DNA of 64,000 nucleotides, taken from the sequence record PQ471515.1; one strand, 5' to 3'. Every line of letters begins with the position of its first letter. The first letter of the stretch is position 1. Positions 1-9,729 of this stretch are shown piece by piece. The position numbers and the translations under genes are program-made. The notes under the pieces were generated by a model. The model saw only the letters and a program-made list of their open reading frames with translations, ran no database searches and was not told the DNA's origin.

Positions 1-9
1 ATTGTTAAA

Positions 10-405
10 ATGGTGAACTATGTATTAAAAAACAACACATGGTCACTGCATGATGTACAATTAGAAGATATTGGTGAAGTTAGAGTATTTTGCTATGATG
101 GCGATTTGAACGAAACCACTGATTTGAGTAAATGTTTTAATATTTTTCTTGGTTATGAAATCAATAATCATTTTTATTCATTTGATGTGTATTTTGAACG
201 AGTTAAAATCAGAATTGCTAATGTAAATAGTGATTATTATGACACTAGAATTGAATTGAATTTTGACGATATTGATACTGAAGAAAAATTCTTTCAGTAC
301 AATCTCGTAAACGATCTAAATGGATTGACATTTGAGGACATTAAAGCTATACTTAAAGTTCAAAGATTGATTCCAGAAGAGGTTCTAAATCCCTTTAATG
401 ACTAG
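10..405 (+). CDS. Hypothetical protein, dispersed 'EE-FQ' paralog family
   Basis: C-terminal TEEKFFQYNLVND motif shared with 8 other ORFs in the window. Confidence 0.7.
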   Translation: MVNYVLKNNTWSLHDVQLEDIGEVRVFCYDGDLNETTDLSKCFNIFLGYEINNHFYSFDVYFERVKIRIANVNSDYYDTRIELNFDDIDTEEKFFQYNLVNDLNGLTFEDIKAILKVQRLIPEEVLNPFND

Positions 406-757
406 TTTAATAACTCGTATAATGCAAGATGTTCGTAAGAATCTTCATACTGGTAATTTTGATGATCCTAACATAAAAATATTATGTTATGATGTATTCA
501 CACTGGTACATCCATCAGAATCTAATAATTTATACATAGCATATACTTCTCCTAATATTTTGTATCAATTTGATTTATATAGTACAATGGCTAAGATAAC
601 ATTAGATGTTTCTAAGGAGCCAATTTTTATAGCAGTACGTGATTTTGAGTACACAGAAGAGTCATTATTCCAGTACTCAATGATAAATGACATTGGTGAC
701 TTGACATTAGAAGAGATAAATGTTATAGTTGGTATGTGTCGTTTGATTAATCCATAA
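398..757 (+). CDS. Hypothetical protein, EE-FQ family
   Basis: TEESLFQYSMIND motif; overlaps end of upstream paralog. Confidence 0.7.
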   Translation: MTSLITRIMQDVRKNLHTGNFDDPNIKILCYDVFTLVHPSESNNLYIAYTSPNILYQFDLYSTMAKITLDVSKEPIFIAVRDFEYTEESLFQYSMINDIGDLTLEEINVIVGMCRLINP

Positions 758-770
758 CTCGGAGCTTAAT

Positions 771-962
771 ATGTTTTTGAATTTGTTATGCTTATTTGGT
801 CGTACATTGGTTCTTGCTATTATTCATACACCTGGTATTCGTAATTATGTTTCTTATGAATTTAAGAAAAATTACCACAACAATACTGAAGTTCGTGCAA
901 CTAAGATGTGCAAAGACTTCAATGGAGATGTTCCACCATTCAAGAAGTACGAGGATGAATAA
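771..962 (+). CDS. Hypothetical protein
   Basis: GGAG SD upstream; coupled to next ORF. Confidence 0.55.
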   Translation: MFLNLLCLFGRTLVLAIIHTPGIRNYVSYEFKKNYHNNTEVRATKMCKDFNGDVPPFKKYEDE

Positions 963-1246
963 TGGAATTTATTGTTGCACCTGATGAACTAAAAACATTC
1001 ACGTTCCGAGACAATAACAATTATCCTTATACAAATCATTCATTGAATTCATTGCATGTTATATCAATCATTGCATCTGAATACAGAGACAATCCATGTA
1101 TTGATTTTAAAACCACTGATGGTGAATATACATGGGTAGTTCCGAACGATAAATACAGTTATCAGGGTGCAGTGGAGATCCGCGACTCGATTCTAAAGCA
1201 AATCGAAGATGGACATACTCATCCTAAACTAAACATTCAGTACTGA
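962..1246 (+). CDS. Hypothetical protein
   Basis: TAATG stop/start coupling. Confidence 0.65.
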   Translation: MEFIVAPDELKTFTFRDNNNYPYTNHSLNSLHVISIIASEYRDNPCIDFKTTDGEYTWVVPNDKYSYQGAVEIRDSILKQIEDGHTHPKLNIQY

Positions 1247-1406
1247 AATCGTTTAACCGGATAGCTTCTAGTCGGTACTGAATTCCTCCTTTTGTCTAGA
1301 AGCTATCACTCTTTTAAAGTATAATGATATCACCCTCATGGTTCATTATATTCATTACCCTCTAACAGTATCTTTTTTATTCCTCTTTGATACTGTATTT
1401 TAGAAG

Positions 1407-1436
1407 TTGACATTTTTACTTCTACTGTGTTATACT
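1407..1436 (+). promoter_or_regulatory. sigma70-type early promoter
   Basis: TTGACA-18-TATACT with TGn extended -10. Confidence 0.7.
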
Positions 1437-1486
1437 TAAGGCTGATTCATTATGAATCGGCCTTTTTTCTTGTGGGGATTAATGTA

Positions 1487-1903
1487 ATGAATAAAGAAGT
1501 TATTAGTTTAATTGATGAGTATATCAACCAAACATATCGTTTGATATTTTTAAATGAATTTGAGTCCAGAACAACGTATTATTCTGGTGAATATGAGATA
1601 ATGACTGGATCATTTCTTAACGGATACATGGAGTTTTTAGAACAAAGCGATAATGTTTTCATTTCCATATCTGAAAAACATGGTGATGATTATGTTATTG
1701 ATGTATGGCCTAATAAAGTAGAGATTGACACTACAAAGAAAATTGTAATTGATGTGGATGAATCGTTGTATGATTTAACTGAAGATATGTACATGCAACT
1801 AAATTTCGTTTACGATCTAACTAACATAAGTTATTCTAATCTAAGTAAATTATTTTATATTTCTGGTGTACTACATAATAACGTACAACAAAATAAAGGA
1901 TAA
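1487..1903 (+). CDS. Hypothetical protein, EE-FQ family
   Basis: LTEDMYMQLNFVYDL motif; start moved to ATG 1487 because the ORF-track start lies inside the promoter. Confidence 0.65.
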   Translation: MNKEVISLIDEYINQTYRLIFLNEFESRTTYYSGEYEIMTGSFLNGYMEFLEQSDNVFISISEKHGDDYVIDVWPNKVEIDTTKKIVIDVDESLYDLTEDMYMQLNFVYDLTNISYSNLSKLFYISGVLHNNVQQNKG

Positions 1904-1911
1904 ACATTTAA

Positions 1912-2316
1912 ATGTTGAAAATTCCACCACATACACTATCTATGCTAATTGAAAATGGTGTAATATTTTCTGAAGGGTGTAGTTCATTCTATACATGTGA
2001 CGTGGACCCGTACACATTTGAATACCGTTCATTTAAAAATACATTGAGTGTTCCATGTGAAGCTTCTGACAACATTGTACTTGTCGTTTCGTTCTATGGT
2101 GTACCAAACTTCTTCATTGATATATATTATGATTCTTTTAAGATACAAACATACGATCATTTTCTTGGTGAAGTGCTCTTGCAAATGCAGATTGAACATG
2201 TTACTATAGATGAAGATATGTTCTTTCAGCTATCTACTGTATACGATATGTGTGGGTTGACAGTTGACAACATTAATGGTATCTTTGAAATTGCCAGAAC
2301 CCTACGAGGAAGATGA
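1912..2316 (+). CDS. Hypothetical protein, EE-FQ family
   Basis: IDEDMFFQLSTVYDM motif; tandem paralog of upstream ORF. Confidence 0.7.
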   Translation: MLKIPPHTLSMLIENGVIFSEGCSSFYTCDVDPYTFEYRSFKNTLSVPCEASDNIVLVVSFYGVPNFFIDIYYDSFKIQTYDHFLGEVLLQMQIEHVTIDEDMFFQLSTVYDMCGLTVDNINGIFEIARTLRGR

Positions 2317-2317
2317 T

Positions 2318-2734
2318 ATGGTCAAAATTTTAAGTGACAATGCGGTTGATATTGTCATTGATGTACTTGAAAACAGTAATACATTTGAGAAGAAACACAG
2401 TACTGTATACTTCGGTGAAGATTGTTGGCTAAGTTATACATCTAATAATTCGTTTATAATTCGTGTTGAAAAGGGTGATGTTGGATTAACGATACATGCC
2501 TCCTATACTAAAACTGACAAACAAATAACTGTCATCGCTAACAAGCCAAGTACATCCGATTTCTGGGATAGTATTGATGATTGTGAACACTACACGTCAA
2601 CATTCTATGATACAGAAGAAGAACATTTCATGGATAGTACTGTTAAAGAATTATCTGTTCCATTTAAACTTATGAAAGCAGCAAGAGATTTTATTTTAAA
2701 ATACAAAAAAACAGGAGTTTATGATGCAATTTAA
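2318..2734 (+). CDS. Hypothetical protein, EE-FQ family (divergent)
   Basis: GAGGA SD at 2306-2310; TEEEHFMDSTV motif. Confidence 0.6.
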   Translation: MVKILSDNAVDIVIDVLENSNTFEKKHSTVYFGEDCWLSYTSNNSFIIRVEKGDVGLTIHASYTKTDKQITVIANKPSTSDFWDSIDDCEHYTSTFYDTEEEHFMDSTVKELSVPFKLMKAARDFILKYKKTGVYDAI

Positions 2735-3170
2735 TGGTAAGGTTTCTAAAGTAGGTTTAGTTTTTGAAAATTGTGAGTTCATTGAGATTGATGTAAAGAA
2801 TGTTTTATGGATGCATATTGCTGACGAGAAAACTCTGTGTAGTCGTTTTTCCAACGGTCTAACTATTAGTACTGGTATTGGTGAGTTCGGTATTGCATTA
2901 CGTAGTGACACACCATCTGATTTCATGGATAACTCAACACTGTTAGAACGTTTAAAAATGCGTGATGTTACACACGTTTATCTATATGATACTAACGGTG
3001 TTGAACAGCGTTATGTAGTTGAATGGGCTAATTATAACCTTAGTGATCAGTATTCAGTAAACCAGCGTGTACAACTCACCCCTGGTGGTAATATTGTGTT
3101 TGTTAGTTCAACTGGTAAATTAATCAGTGTAGATGATGCAAATATTGATTTATTCACTTCATATAACTAA
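2721..3170 (+). CDS. Hypothetical protein
   Basis: 149 aa ORF in co-directional run. Confidence 0.65.
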   Translation: MMQFNGKVSKVGLVFENCEFIEIDVKNVLWMHIADEKTLCSRFSNGLTISTGIGEFGIALRSDTPSDFMDNSTLLERLKMRDVTHVYLYDTNGVEQRYVVEWANYNLSDQYSVNQRVQLTPGGNIVFVSSTGKLISVDDANIDLFTSYN

Positions 3171-3181
3171 TACGAACTACT

Positions 3182-3601
3182 ATGAAAACAATCAAAACAC
3201 ATTTCAAAGATACATGGACAGAAGTAAGTACTGGTAATATTCAAGATATTGTATACAGTACTGAAACTATTCATGTCTATGATGAAGAGACAGCAGCCGA
3301 GCAGTTAAAGGTATTGCATCGTAGTGTAGGTGAACACACCGAGTATGGTGTCAAACATACTCGTGAATTGGTAAGTACTGATCATATTGACACACGTACT
3401 GTAAATCTATCAAAAGAAGAAATGTTTGATTTTATTCTAAACAATACTTTAACAATTCAACCAGATGGTTCACTATACAGTAAAACAGATGGTACACAAG
3501 TTCGTAAAAAGTACAATGTGACCATCAATGATACGGTGATGTCTGGATATGATTTAGTTGATGCAATCAACGAGTACGTTTCTATGCAGAGGTTGAAATG
3601 A
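3182..3601 (+). CDS. Hypothetical protein
   Basis: 139 aa ORF; ATGA coupling to next gene. Confidence 0.65.
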   Translation: MKTIKTHFKDTWTEVSTGNIQDIVYSTETIHVYDEETAAEQLKVLHRSVGEHTEYGVKHTRELVSTDHIDTRTVNLSKEEMFDFILNNTLTIQPDGSLYSKTDGTQVRKKYNVTINDTVMSGYDLVDAINEYVSMQRLK

Positions 3602-3963
3602 TTAATCTGATATATTTTACAATTATTTGTTGCATTACTATTGTACTTTGTCGTCTAATTCATGTATACTCATATCATAAAGCGTTGAGAATCGAACAAG
3701 AGATTTACAACGAAAACCGTGAGCCAGAGCCAGAGAAGCTACCCCGCTCACCATATGCATTGAAGCGTGAGATGCATTCGGAGAGTAAGAAGTGGGGTTA
3801 TGCAATAACCAAGCATGGTTATATCTACACTGCTGCAAATGGCTATTTTCAAATTCACCATGATCTTTCAGTTGCGATTGGAATTTTATGGGAAATGGAG
3901 GATATAGGTGGTTATGAGCGTACTAAATTTCCAAACTTACAAAATGATCCAGGAACTTCATGA
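3598..3963 (+). CDS. Hypothetical membrane-anchored protein
   Basis: N-terminal hydrophobic helix. Confidence 0.6.
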   Translation: MINLIYFTIICCITIVLCRLIHVYSYHKALRIEQEIYNENREPEPEKLPRSPYALKREMHSESKKWGYAITKHGYIYTAANGYFQIHHDLSVAIGILWEMEDIGGYERTKFPNLQNDPGTS

Positions 3964-4117
3964 AGAACATGATATAATTGTAGATGTAGAAAAGAAGGAA
4001 GTTGTTATGAAGAAGCAAGCATACCGCATCTTAGACAACTTCTATCTTAAGGCATTTATAATGAAGTTCTGTGCAGACGAGCACTTAACAGGACGTGTTA
4101 TACGCAAGGAGTCGTAG
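3944..4117 (+). CDS. Small hypothetical protein
   Basis: Fills gap between coupled ORFs; start uncertain. Confidence 0.45.
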   Translation: MIQELHEEHDIIVDVEKKEVVMKKQAYRILDNFYLKAFIMKFCADEHLTGRVIRKES

Positions 4118-4459
4118 ATGGACATGAGTTCAATAATTCAGTACTTGAGCGAGAATTTTGTCAAAATCATTTCACGTGGTGGTATGATTGTGCATCCTGA
4201 AACTGAAGATATGTATATCATTCGTTTTGATACAAATTCTTATGATCAAGTACTTGTTGTTTCGAAATTGGTAGGTTATAATGAAGTCGTTCAGTTCTGC
4301 TGTACCGAGTTCGGTATCTATATTAAAGATGCAGAAACCAATGAGATTTCACATTATTTTTATCACACACTGATGGGTACTAAAGATTTTGGATTGAAAT
4401 TCAATGATTTAGTACAATGTCACTATATGTTTAAAACATACCCAGCATCTGGGAAATAA
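4118..4459 (+). CDS. Hypothetical protein
   Basis: AAGGAG SD upstream. Confidence 0.65.
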   Translation: MDMSSIIQYLSENFVKIISRGGMIVHPETEDMYIIRFDTNSYDQVLVVSKLVGYNEVVQFCCTEFGIYIKDAETNEISHYFYHTLMGTKDFGLKFNDLVQCHYMFKTYPASGK

Positions 4460-4470
4460 GGAGTAACAAT

Positions 4471-5286
4471 ATGAGCAACATTTTCTTCAAAACCATTTCC
4501 TTCAAAAAAGAATCTTACTCTTACGCTTATGTAGATGGTAAAGTACTCAATATCGTTCTAGATGGTGTTGATGTGCCTGTTCAATTTACCAGTCATCAAG
4601 AAGCGATTGAGGGTGCTCAAGAGCTTAACAGCTTACTAAATGGCATTGAGAAGAAACCTGAAGTTAAATCTGACCTTGATTTATTGGTTGACAAAATTAA
4701 AAGTGGTGAACTATTATCAATTCTAGACCAGTGTAATGAAAAATTACGTGGTGTTGTTGGTGATGTACGTACTACAGTTCAAGATCGTCTACTTGAGCAA
4801 GCATTCAAAGAAGTTACTAAGAAAACTGAAGAACGTGTTGAAGGTATGATTAAAAACATTGATGACGTTCTCACTCATATGTTCACCAAGCCATACGAAT
4901 CAAGTACTGATTCTGAAGAGAAACAAGAAGAACCAGTAGAACGCACCAAGCCATCTATTGTTACTAAAGTTAAACATAGTTTTGGTTCACTGGATGATGT
5001 ATTTGGCTTTACAAATGTACGTGTTAGTACTGATGAAAAGCCAGAAGTTGATGAAATGCTCATTGGTGACATGACAACTGGTCAACTCAAAAAAGAGATT
5101 GATACCTTTGTTAATGAACTAATTAGTTCTGAACGTGCTGAAAATATGTTTAGCAGTATTTCAGCAAACTTCGGTAAAGAAGCAACTGAGCAAGCAGTAC
5201 AGGCATTCAAAGATTTGATTTACACTGTTGCAATTGCTAATCCAGAACAAACACTGGAAGAAGTTCTACGTAAAAACTTCAAATAA
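4471..5286 (+). CDS. Hypothetical acidic helical/coiled-coil protein
   Basis: AAGGAG SD; 271 aa E/K-rich; ends at bidirectional terminator. Confidence 0.7.
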   Translation: MSNIFFKTISFKKESYSYAYVDGKVLNIVLDGVDVPVQFTSHQEAIEGAQELNSLLNGIEKKPEVKSDLDLLVDKIKSGELLSILDQCNEKLRGVVGDVRTTVQDRLLEQAFKEVTKKTEERVEGMIKNIDDVLTHMFTKPYESSTDSEEKQEEPVERTKPSIVTKVKHSFGSLDDVFGFTNVRVSTDEKPEVDEMLIGDMTTGQLKKEIDTFVNELISSERAENMFSSISANFGKEATEQAVQAFKDLIYTVAIANPEQTLEEVLRKNFK

Positions 5287-5300
5287 GATATAGATAAAAG

Positions 5301-5327
5301 AAAAGCCACTACAATGTAGTGGCTTTT
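5301..5327. terminator. Bidirectional intrinsic terminator
   Basis: AAAAGCCACTAC-aat-GTAGTGGCTTTT between convergent genes. Confidence 0.85.
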
Positions 5328-5330
5328 TTG

Positions 5331-6488
5331 TTATGCGTTATAACCAACAATGACTACAGTACAGCCAAATGGTTCAACAACTTTTAATACAACATTATCA
5401 TCTGCATCGAGTTCAACTTCACTTAGAACAACATGATTGTCTTCAGCATAGACTTGAACTTGTGGGAGGATTTTACCATGTTCACTAGCAGGAATTGACA
5501 GTGTATACATGGAATCACCATCAACTGCCCAATCACTATCGGCATACGTATTGTGATATGGAGTGGTGTGTAAGGTTTTACCAATAATACTCAATGAGAT
5601 TGGAGCGTCATCGGTTTGGTACACAGTGATATTACCGCTAGGATCTACAATGAGGTCTACTCCAATTTGGAATAAATCACCACTGTATGCTTGTAGAGCA
5701 AGATACTCACCACGCTCATGAACAGTAGCTGGTACAGTTGCCATATACATGCCATCGGGCGTGTACTCAAACTGCGATAGAAGTACTGAAGTAACGAAGT
5801 CAATATCTTCGCCGCTTTCTAGTATATCAAATTCAATAGTTTTGGTATTATATATGTCAGAAGTGAGGATGATGGTTCCTTTACCGGATTGAGTAATTGG
5901 ATCAACTGGAATACTAAAAACATCATCAATTATTTCAGTTGTGAAGTACTCGGTTCCGTCAGGAAGTATAACGGTAATACGCATTCCAGTTGTATTAATG
6001 ACTGAACCTGCGTTGAATAGGCGACCACCTACCAAATCATCACCTACGAACGTTGGGAACATAAGGATGTTGTCTATATCTCTATCTATAATCCCGCATT
6101 CAGGGGTGTACATATTATATAGTGTTTGTGAACTACCTAGAATTGTTTTGTGCAAAAGAAACTTATAAACAAACCCAGTAGGATCTGATTCAAGTTTAGC
6201 ATCTGAGTATCCTCTTACGAAAAAAGAGTTCTTTCTTATTTCACTTAGGATTTGGTCATTAGTTTTGTTGTAGTTTAATTGATATCCTTGTATATCCTTT
6301 GTTGTAATTTGTACTTTACGATAAATTACATTACTTACAGGATCAAGTAAATCATATAATCTATGGCTTCTCTGACGATAGATTCGAACATTTTTGAGTT
6401 TAGTCCCATCGTTGAGAATTGCACCATCGACTACATAACCACATTCACCGAACTTATATCGTCCAGCAGCAGCAATCGATCTTGACAT
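5331..6488 (-). CDS. Putative virion structural protein
   Basis: 385 aa; GGAGG SD; preceded by the array-type TAAATA-N3-TATAAT motif; two C-terminal beta-rich repeats (VPATVHERG / IPASEHGK). Confidence 0.5.
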   Translation of the reverse strand: MSRSIAAAGRYKFGECGYVVDGAILNDGTKLKNVRIYRQRSHRLYDLLDPVSNVIYRKVQITTKDIQGYQLNYNKTNDQILSEIRKNSFFVRGYSDAKLESDPTGFVYKFLLHKTILGSSQTLYNMYTPECGIIDRDIDNILMFPTFVGDDLVGGRLFNAGSVINTTGMRITVILPDGTEYFTTEIIDDVFSIPVDPITQSGKGTIILTSDIYNTKTIEFDILESGEDIDFVTSVLLSQFEYTPDGMYMATVPATVHERGEYLALQAYSGDLFQIGVDLIVDPSGNITVYQTDDAPISLSIIGKTLHTTPYHNTYADSDWAVDGDSMYTLSIPASEHGKILPQVQVYAEDNHVVLSEVELDADDNVVLKVVEPFGCTVVIVGYNA

Positions 6489-6510
6489 TCATCCCTCCAT
6501 TGGTATAATT

Positions 6511-6525
6511 ATTATAATGTATTTA
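6511..6525 (-). promoter_or_regulatory. Putative late promoter motif
   Basis: Minus strand TAAATA-CAT-TATAAT. Confidence 0.6.
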
Positions 6526-6548
6526 TTATGGATAGGTAAAAAAGCACC

Positions 6549-6577
6549 TTGACTGAGTTGTGTTTTTGACGTATACT
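6549..6577 (+). promoter_or_regulatory. sigma70-type early promoter
   Basis: TTGACT-17-TATACT. Confidence 0.7.
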
Positions 6578-6604
6578 TAAATGGAATATCAATAAGGGGA
6601 TTTT

Positions 6605-7189
6605 ATGAGTGTTGTAGAAAAGCGATTAGTACTGAAAAATGGCAAAATGACTGTTAAGCTATACAAAGATGAAGCTGATTCTTTTATGGCTAAAGCAATT
6701 GAGAAATCTGAACGATATAAGATTCTTGCACCTGCAAGTAAATCGCCGTATGGATTTAATCACGCTCACAGTCATTTTGTAGGGATGGTATGTGAACATG
6801 CATCATTTGTACTTTTTAATGAAATTGAAAACTATTCAGGTATTGCACTTAACATTGATCCAGCGTTCCAAAGTGATGGTCGTGATGGTGAATGTGATAT
6901 CAAAGTAAACAACTTAAGAATTGAAGTGAAAGGCATCAAGTACAAATCGTGGACCGACTTTGGACCATGTGTTAGTACTCGACAGTTAAAAAATATACAG
7001 AAAAAAGCTGACGTTATTCTGTGGGTATTGTATAATGAGAAAAAGCAAGAATTCACATTTGAGGGATTCAACTATGTAAAAGACATTAGTTCGATTCCAG
7101 TTGTGCTAACAGGTGTACCAGGGCGACCGATGATTGAAAATCACCCAGTACTGAGTATTATTAAACCACTTCAGGAGTTACCATTATGA
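6605..7189 (+). CDS. PD-(D/E)xK restriction-endonuclease-like protein
   Basis: E...DGRDGECDIKVNNLRIEVK matches the D-x(n)-E-x-K catalytic signature. Confidence 0.5.
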   Translation: MSVVEKRLVLKNGKMTVKLYKDEADSFMAKAIEKSERYKILAPASKSPYGFNHAHSHFVGMVCEHASFVLFNEIENYSGIALNIDPAFQSDGRDGECDIKVNNLRIEVKGIKYKSWTDFGPCVSTRQLKNIQKKADVILWVLYNEKKQEFTFEGFNYVKDISSIPVVLTGVPGRPMIENHPVLSIIKPLQELPL

Positions 7190-7413
7190 TTACTGCCACT
7201 GTATATCAAGATATTAATGAAGAATTTAATTCTAAAATTGCATTTTTATCCTTTCCCGTATTGCCAGCTATTGGTGCTACGTTGAATCTTACAATCTGTG
7301 GCTTTGAAAAATACTATGAAGTACTAGATATTGAGTACTGTGCAGATGTTTATTCATGCAACAGTGAGATTGCTATTCCGGTGCAAATCGACATTATAGT
7401 AAAAGAGGTTTGA
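7186..7413 (+). CDS. Hypothetical protein
   Basis: ATGA coupling to upstream gene. Confidence 0.6.
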   Translation: MITATVYQDINEEFNSKIAFLSFPVLPAIGATLNLTICGFEKYYEVLDIEYCADVYSCNSEIAIPVQIDIIVKEV

Positions 7414-7415
7414 TT

Positions 7416-7874
7416 ATGTTTAAACACTTTCTAGTAATCACTGCTGTTGTATTCAGTACTTCCTGCTTTGTAGCACCAGTACATGCGGAAGACCAGCGTC
7501 AAACAATCAAGACGATTGGAACAGGGAAAGCCCAACCAAAACGTACTGCTGAAGAATACATGCCTGAGATGCGTGAACGTTACCGCCAGCAATACCGTGA
7601 AAAACATGCTAATGATAAGCCTATCAAAAAGCATAAATGGAATGTAGTCAAATCGCCATCGTTTTGTGCTGGGTATGCTAAGGTTAAGGATGAACAGCAC
7701 AACAAGCAGTACTATAAAGATATGTACACATTCTATGATTCGAGGATCTCGGATGATGACATGATGGCTGCTAAGGTTGATAAAGAAGAATTTCTTCAGG
7801 GTTATGACATGACCGATGATGACAAGATCATGGAATGTGTTGAAGTATATGAAAAATACAGAGGTTTTGAATGA
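7416..7874 (+). CDS. Putative exported protein
   Basis: Signal peptide ending PVHA-ED; GAGG SD. Confidence 0.6.
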   Translation: MFKHFLVITAVVFSTSCFVAPVHAEDQRQTIKTIGTGKAQPKRTAEEYMPEMRERYRQQYREKHANDKPIKKHKWNVVKSPSFCAGYAKVKDEQHNKQYYKDMYTFYDSRISDDDMMAAKVDKEEFLQGYDMTDDDKIMECVEVYEKYRGFE

Positions 7875-8314
7875 CACTTTTGCTGATTCTAGGTTTATTA
7901 GTGTCATATTTCATTTTTCTTAACATCTTCTCTGATGCATCACATTTTGCATATGCTTCAGCTATTGCAAAACACGAAGGGATAAAGAAGTATATTCCTG
8001 CATTGTTATTCTCATATATGTACCATCCAAGGTACTTTACACTAGGTGTGTTTGACAAGTATGTATACGACGAAAAAGCACTCAATGAAATTGAATACTT
8101 TGTAAGAACTCATGCTAATAACAATCCAAAATCATTAATTAACTTTACTGATAATCGTAAACGTGTTAGTATTAGAACTGACTTGTATCCTACCAGTCAC
8201 TTTCATCTAGGCGATTGTAGTGTGTACAGGGTTAGATACGAAAACTTACTGTTACCACCATCACATATAAGATACATAGAAAAATACTTGTTGAAATGTG
8301 TTGACTCCAAATAG
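7871..8314 (+). CDS. Hypothetical membrane-anchored protein
   Basis: N-terminal hydrophobic helix; ATGA coupling. Confidence 0.6.
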   Translation: MTLLLILGLLVSYFIFLNIFSDASHFAYASAIAKHEGIKKYIPALLFSYMYHPRYFTLGVFDKYVYDEKALNEIEYFVRTHANNNPKSLINFTDNRKRVSIRTDLYPTSHFHLGDCSVYRVRYENLLLPPSHIRYIEKYLLKCVDSK

Positions 8315-8330
8315 TAAATGGCAGTATAAT
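8301..8330 (+). promoter_or_regulatory. sigma70-type early promoter
   Basis: TTGACT-18-TATAAT; -35 lies in last codons of upstream gene. Confidence 0.7.
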
Positions 8331-8367
8331 AGCTTCGTACCGCAATAACTGACAAGAGGATTTAACG

Positions 8368-8826
8368 ATGGACGTATTAGCTACTCAATTCAAACGCAAC
8401 GCAGAAGAACGTGAAGGTTACCTAAGTATCAGTGAAGTGGTTGAAGATGGATTCAAGCAGTACATTTTCAACAGTGCAATTAAACTGAAGCCAACAAAAG
8501 ATTCACCGGACCGCAGCTTCACCAAGTGGATTGCATACTGGGAAGAGTCACCAATTGCAATCGAAATGACTGTCATCACTACAGTACTGGAAACTGGTTA
8601 CATCAAAGCAATTGTAGTTGATAAGAAAGTTCGTACTCTTGATGAAATCGGGACATACCCAGCACGTAACTCTAAAGTATTTGGGTGTTTAGTTGATGGT
8701 AAGTTTATGATTGAAAAAGATGCTAAGAACTATGTAATTGATAAACTACAAACCAGTGCTACTAAACAGGAAGTCGTAGACCAGAACGCAGTGGATGCTA
8801 TTAAAAAGGCATGGGGTCTGAAATAA
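8368..8826 (+). CDS. Hypothetical protein
   Basis: GAGGA SD; first gene after promoter. Confidence 0.7.
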   Translation: MDVLATQFKRNAEEREGYLSISEVVEDGFKQYIFNSAIKLKPTKDSPDRSFTKWIAYWEESPIAIEMTVITTVLETGYIKAIVVDKKVRTLDEIGTYPARNSKVFGCLVDGKFMIEKDAKNYVIDKLQTSATKQEVVDQNAVDAIKKAWGLK

Positions 8827-9248
8827 TGTTCACACTTAGCAATGCAAAGTATCTATTTCTTATTGCTATTATTGGTTGGGTGATGGCTCCAGTGCTTAAT
8901 GCACTGGGGTTTCCAGACGGACATAAACTTGTAAATGTTTCAGGTGTAATCCAGGGCATTTCATGGTATTCATTGATTATATTTTCTATATGTATTCATA
9001 CATTTGCACGTGATCACCGCCGTCTGCTTTTTGTTAAAGTATTCGGTACTAAGAGATATAGTTTTGTGTTTACATTTATTTTAATACCATGTATTATCTA
9101 TGCTTTTGTATTTGATTACTATACTTATCTGTGGGTGTGTGGTTCTATGTTTGTTATGTTGGAATATACAAGAACTGTTCAAAACTCATATGCTGATGAG
9201 TATTATGATCTTGAAGTTAAACGAAAATTAACGGAGCTAAACAAATGA
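8826..9248 (+). CDS. Hypothetical multi-pass membrane protein
   Basis: About 4 hydrophobic segments; TAATG coupling. Confidence 0.6.
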   Translation: MFTLSNAKYLFLIAIIGWVMAPVLNALGFPDGHKLVNVSGVIQGISWYSLIIFSICIHTFARDHRRLLFVKVFGTKRYSFVFTFILIPCIIYAFVFDYYTYLWVCGSMFVMLEYTRTVQNSYADEYYDLEVKRKLTELNK

Positions 9249-9670
9249 GGGGATACAATAAGATTTGTATTTTTGTATTTTTAGTTTGTGCAATCAATAC
9301 ATTTGGATATTACTGTACTGAAAACAACATTTCATATGGTTTAAATCCTTTGTGGTTTACAATTGCCAATGTAGCACAAATTGGTATTGCTGTTATGTCT
9401 GCACTTATGTTCTGTCCAATTGTAACTATGGATACTGATCATGAAAGGCTTGGATTTATCCGTGATACTGGAGACGAACCTTACAGTAGATTGATTGTGT
9501 TGTATCCATTTATTGTTATTTTAGGTACTAACATCCAACTTGGGTCTTTATCTAATAGTGTTACTTCAGCAGCCATTACAGTCTTTGCATTCACATTTTT
9601 TATGGTACACAAATCAGTACTCAAATGGCACATCACCAAAATGGCAGAGAAAGGTACGGAAAACAGTTGA
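9245..9670 (+). CDS. Hypothetical multi-pass membrane protein
   Basis: About 4 hydrophobic segments; likely paralog of upstream ORF. Confidence 0.6.
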   Translation: MRGYNKICIFVFLVCAINTFGYYCTENNISYGLNPLWFTIANVAQIGIAVMSALMFCPIVTMDTDHERLGFIRDTGDEPYSRLIVLYPFIVILGTNIQLGSLSNSVTSAAITVFAFTFFMVHKSVLKWHITKMAEKGTENS

Positions 9671-9695
9671 CGTGAGTTATTGAGTCATATATAAT
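9667..9695 (+). promoter_or_regulatory. sigma70-type early promoter
   Basis: TTGACG-17-TATAAT; upstream TGA stop is inside the -35. Confidence 0.65.
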
Positions 9696-9729
9696 TATTA
9701 CATCAAAACTGGGAAATGGTAAGGAACTT

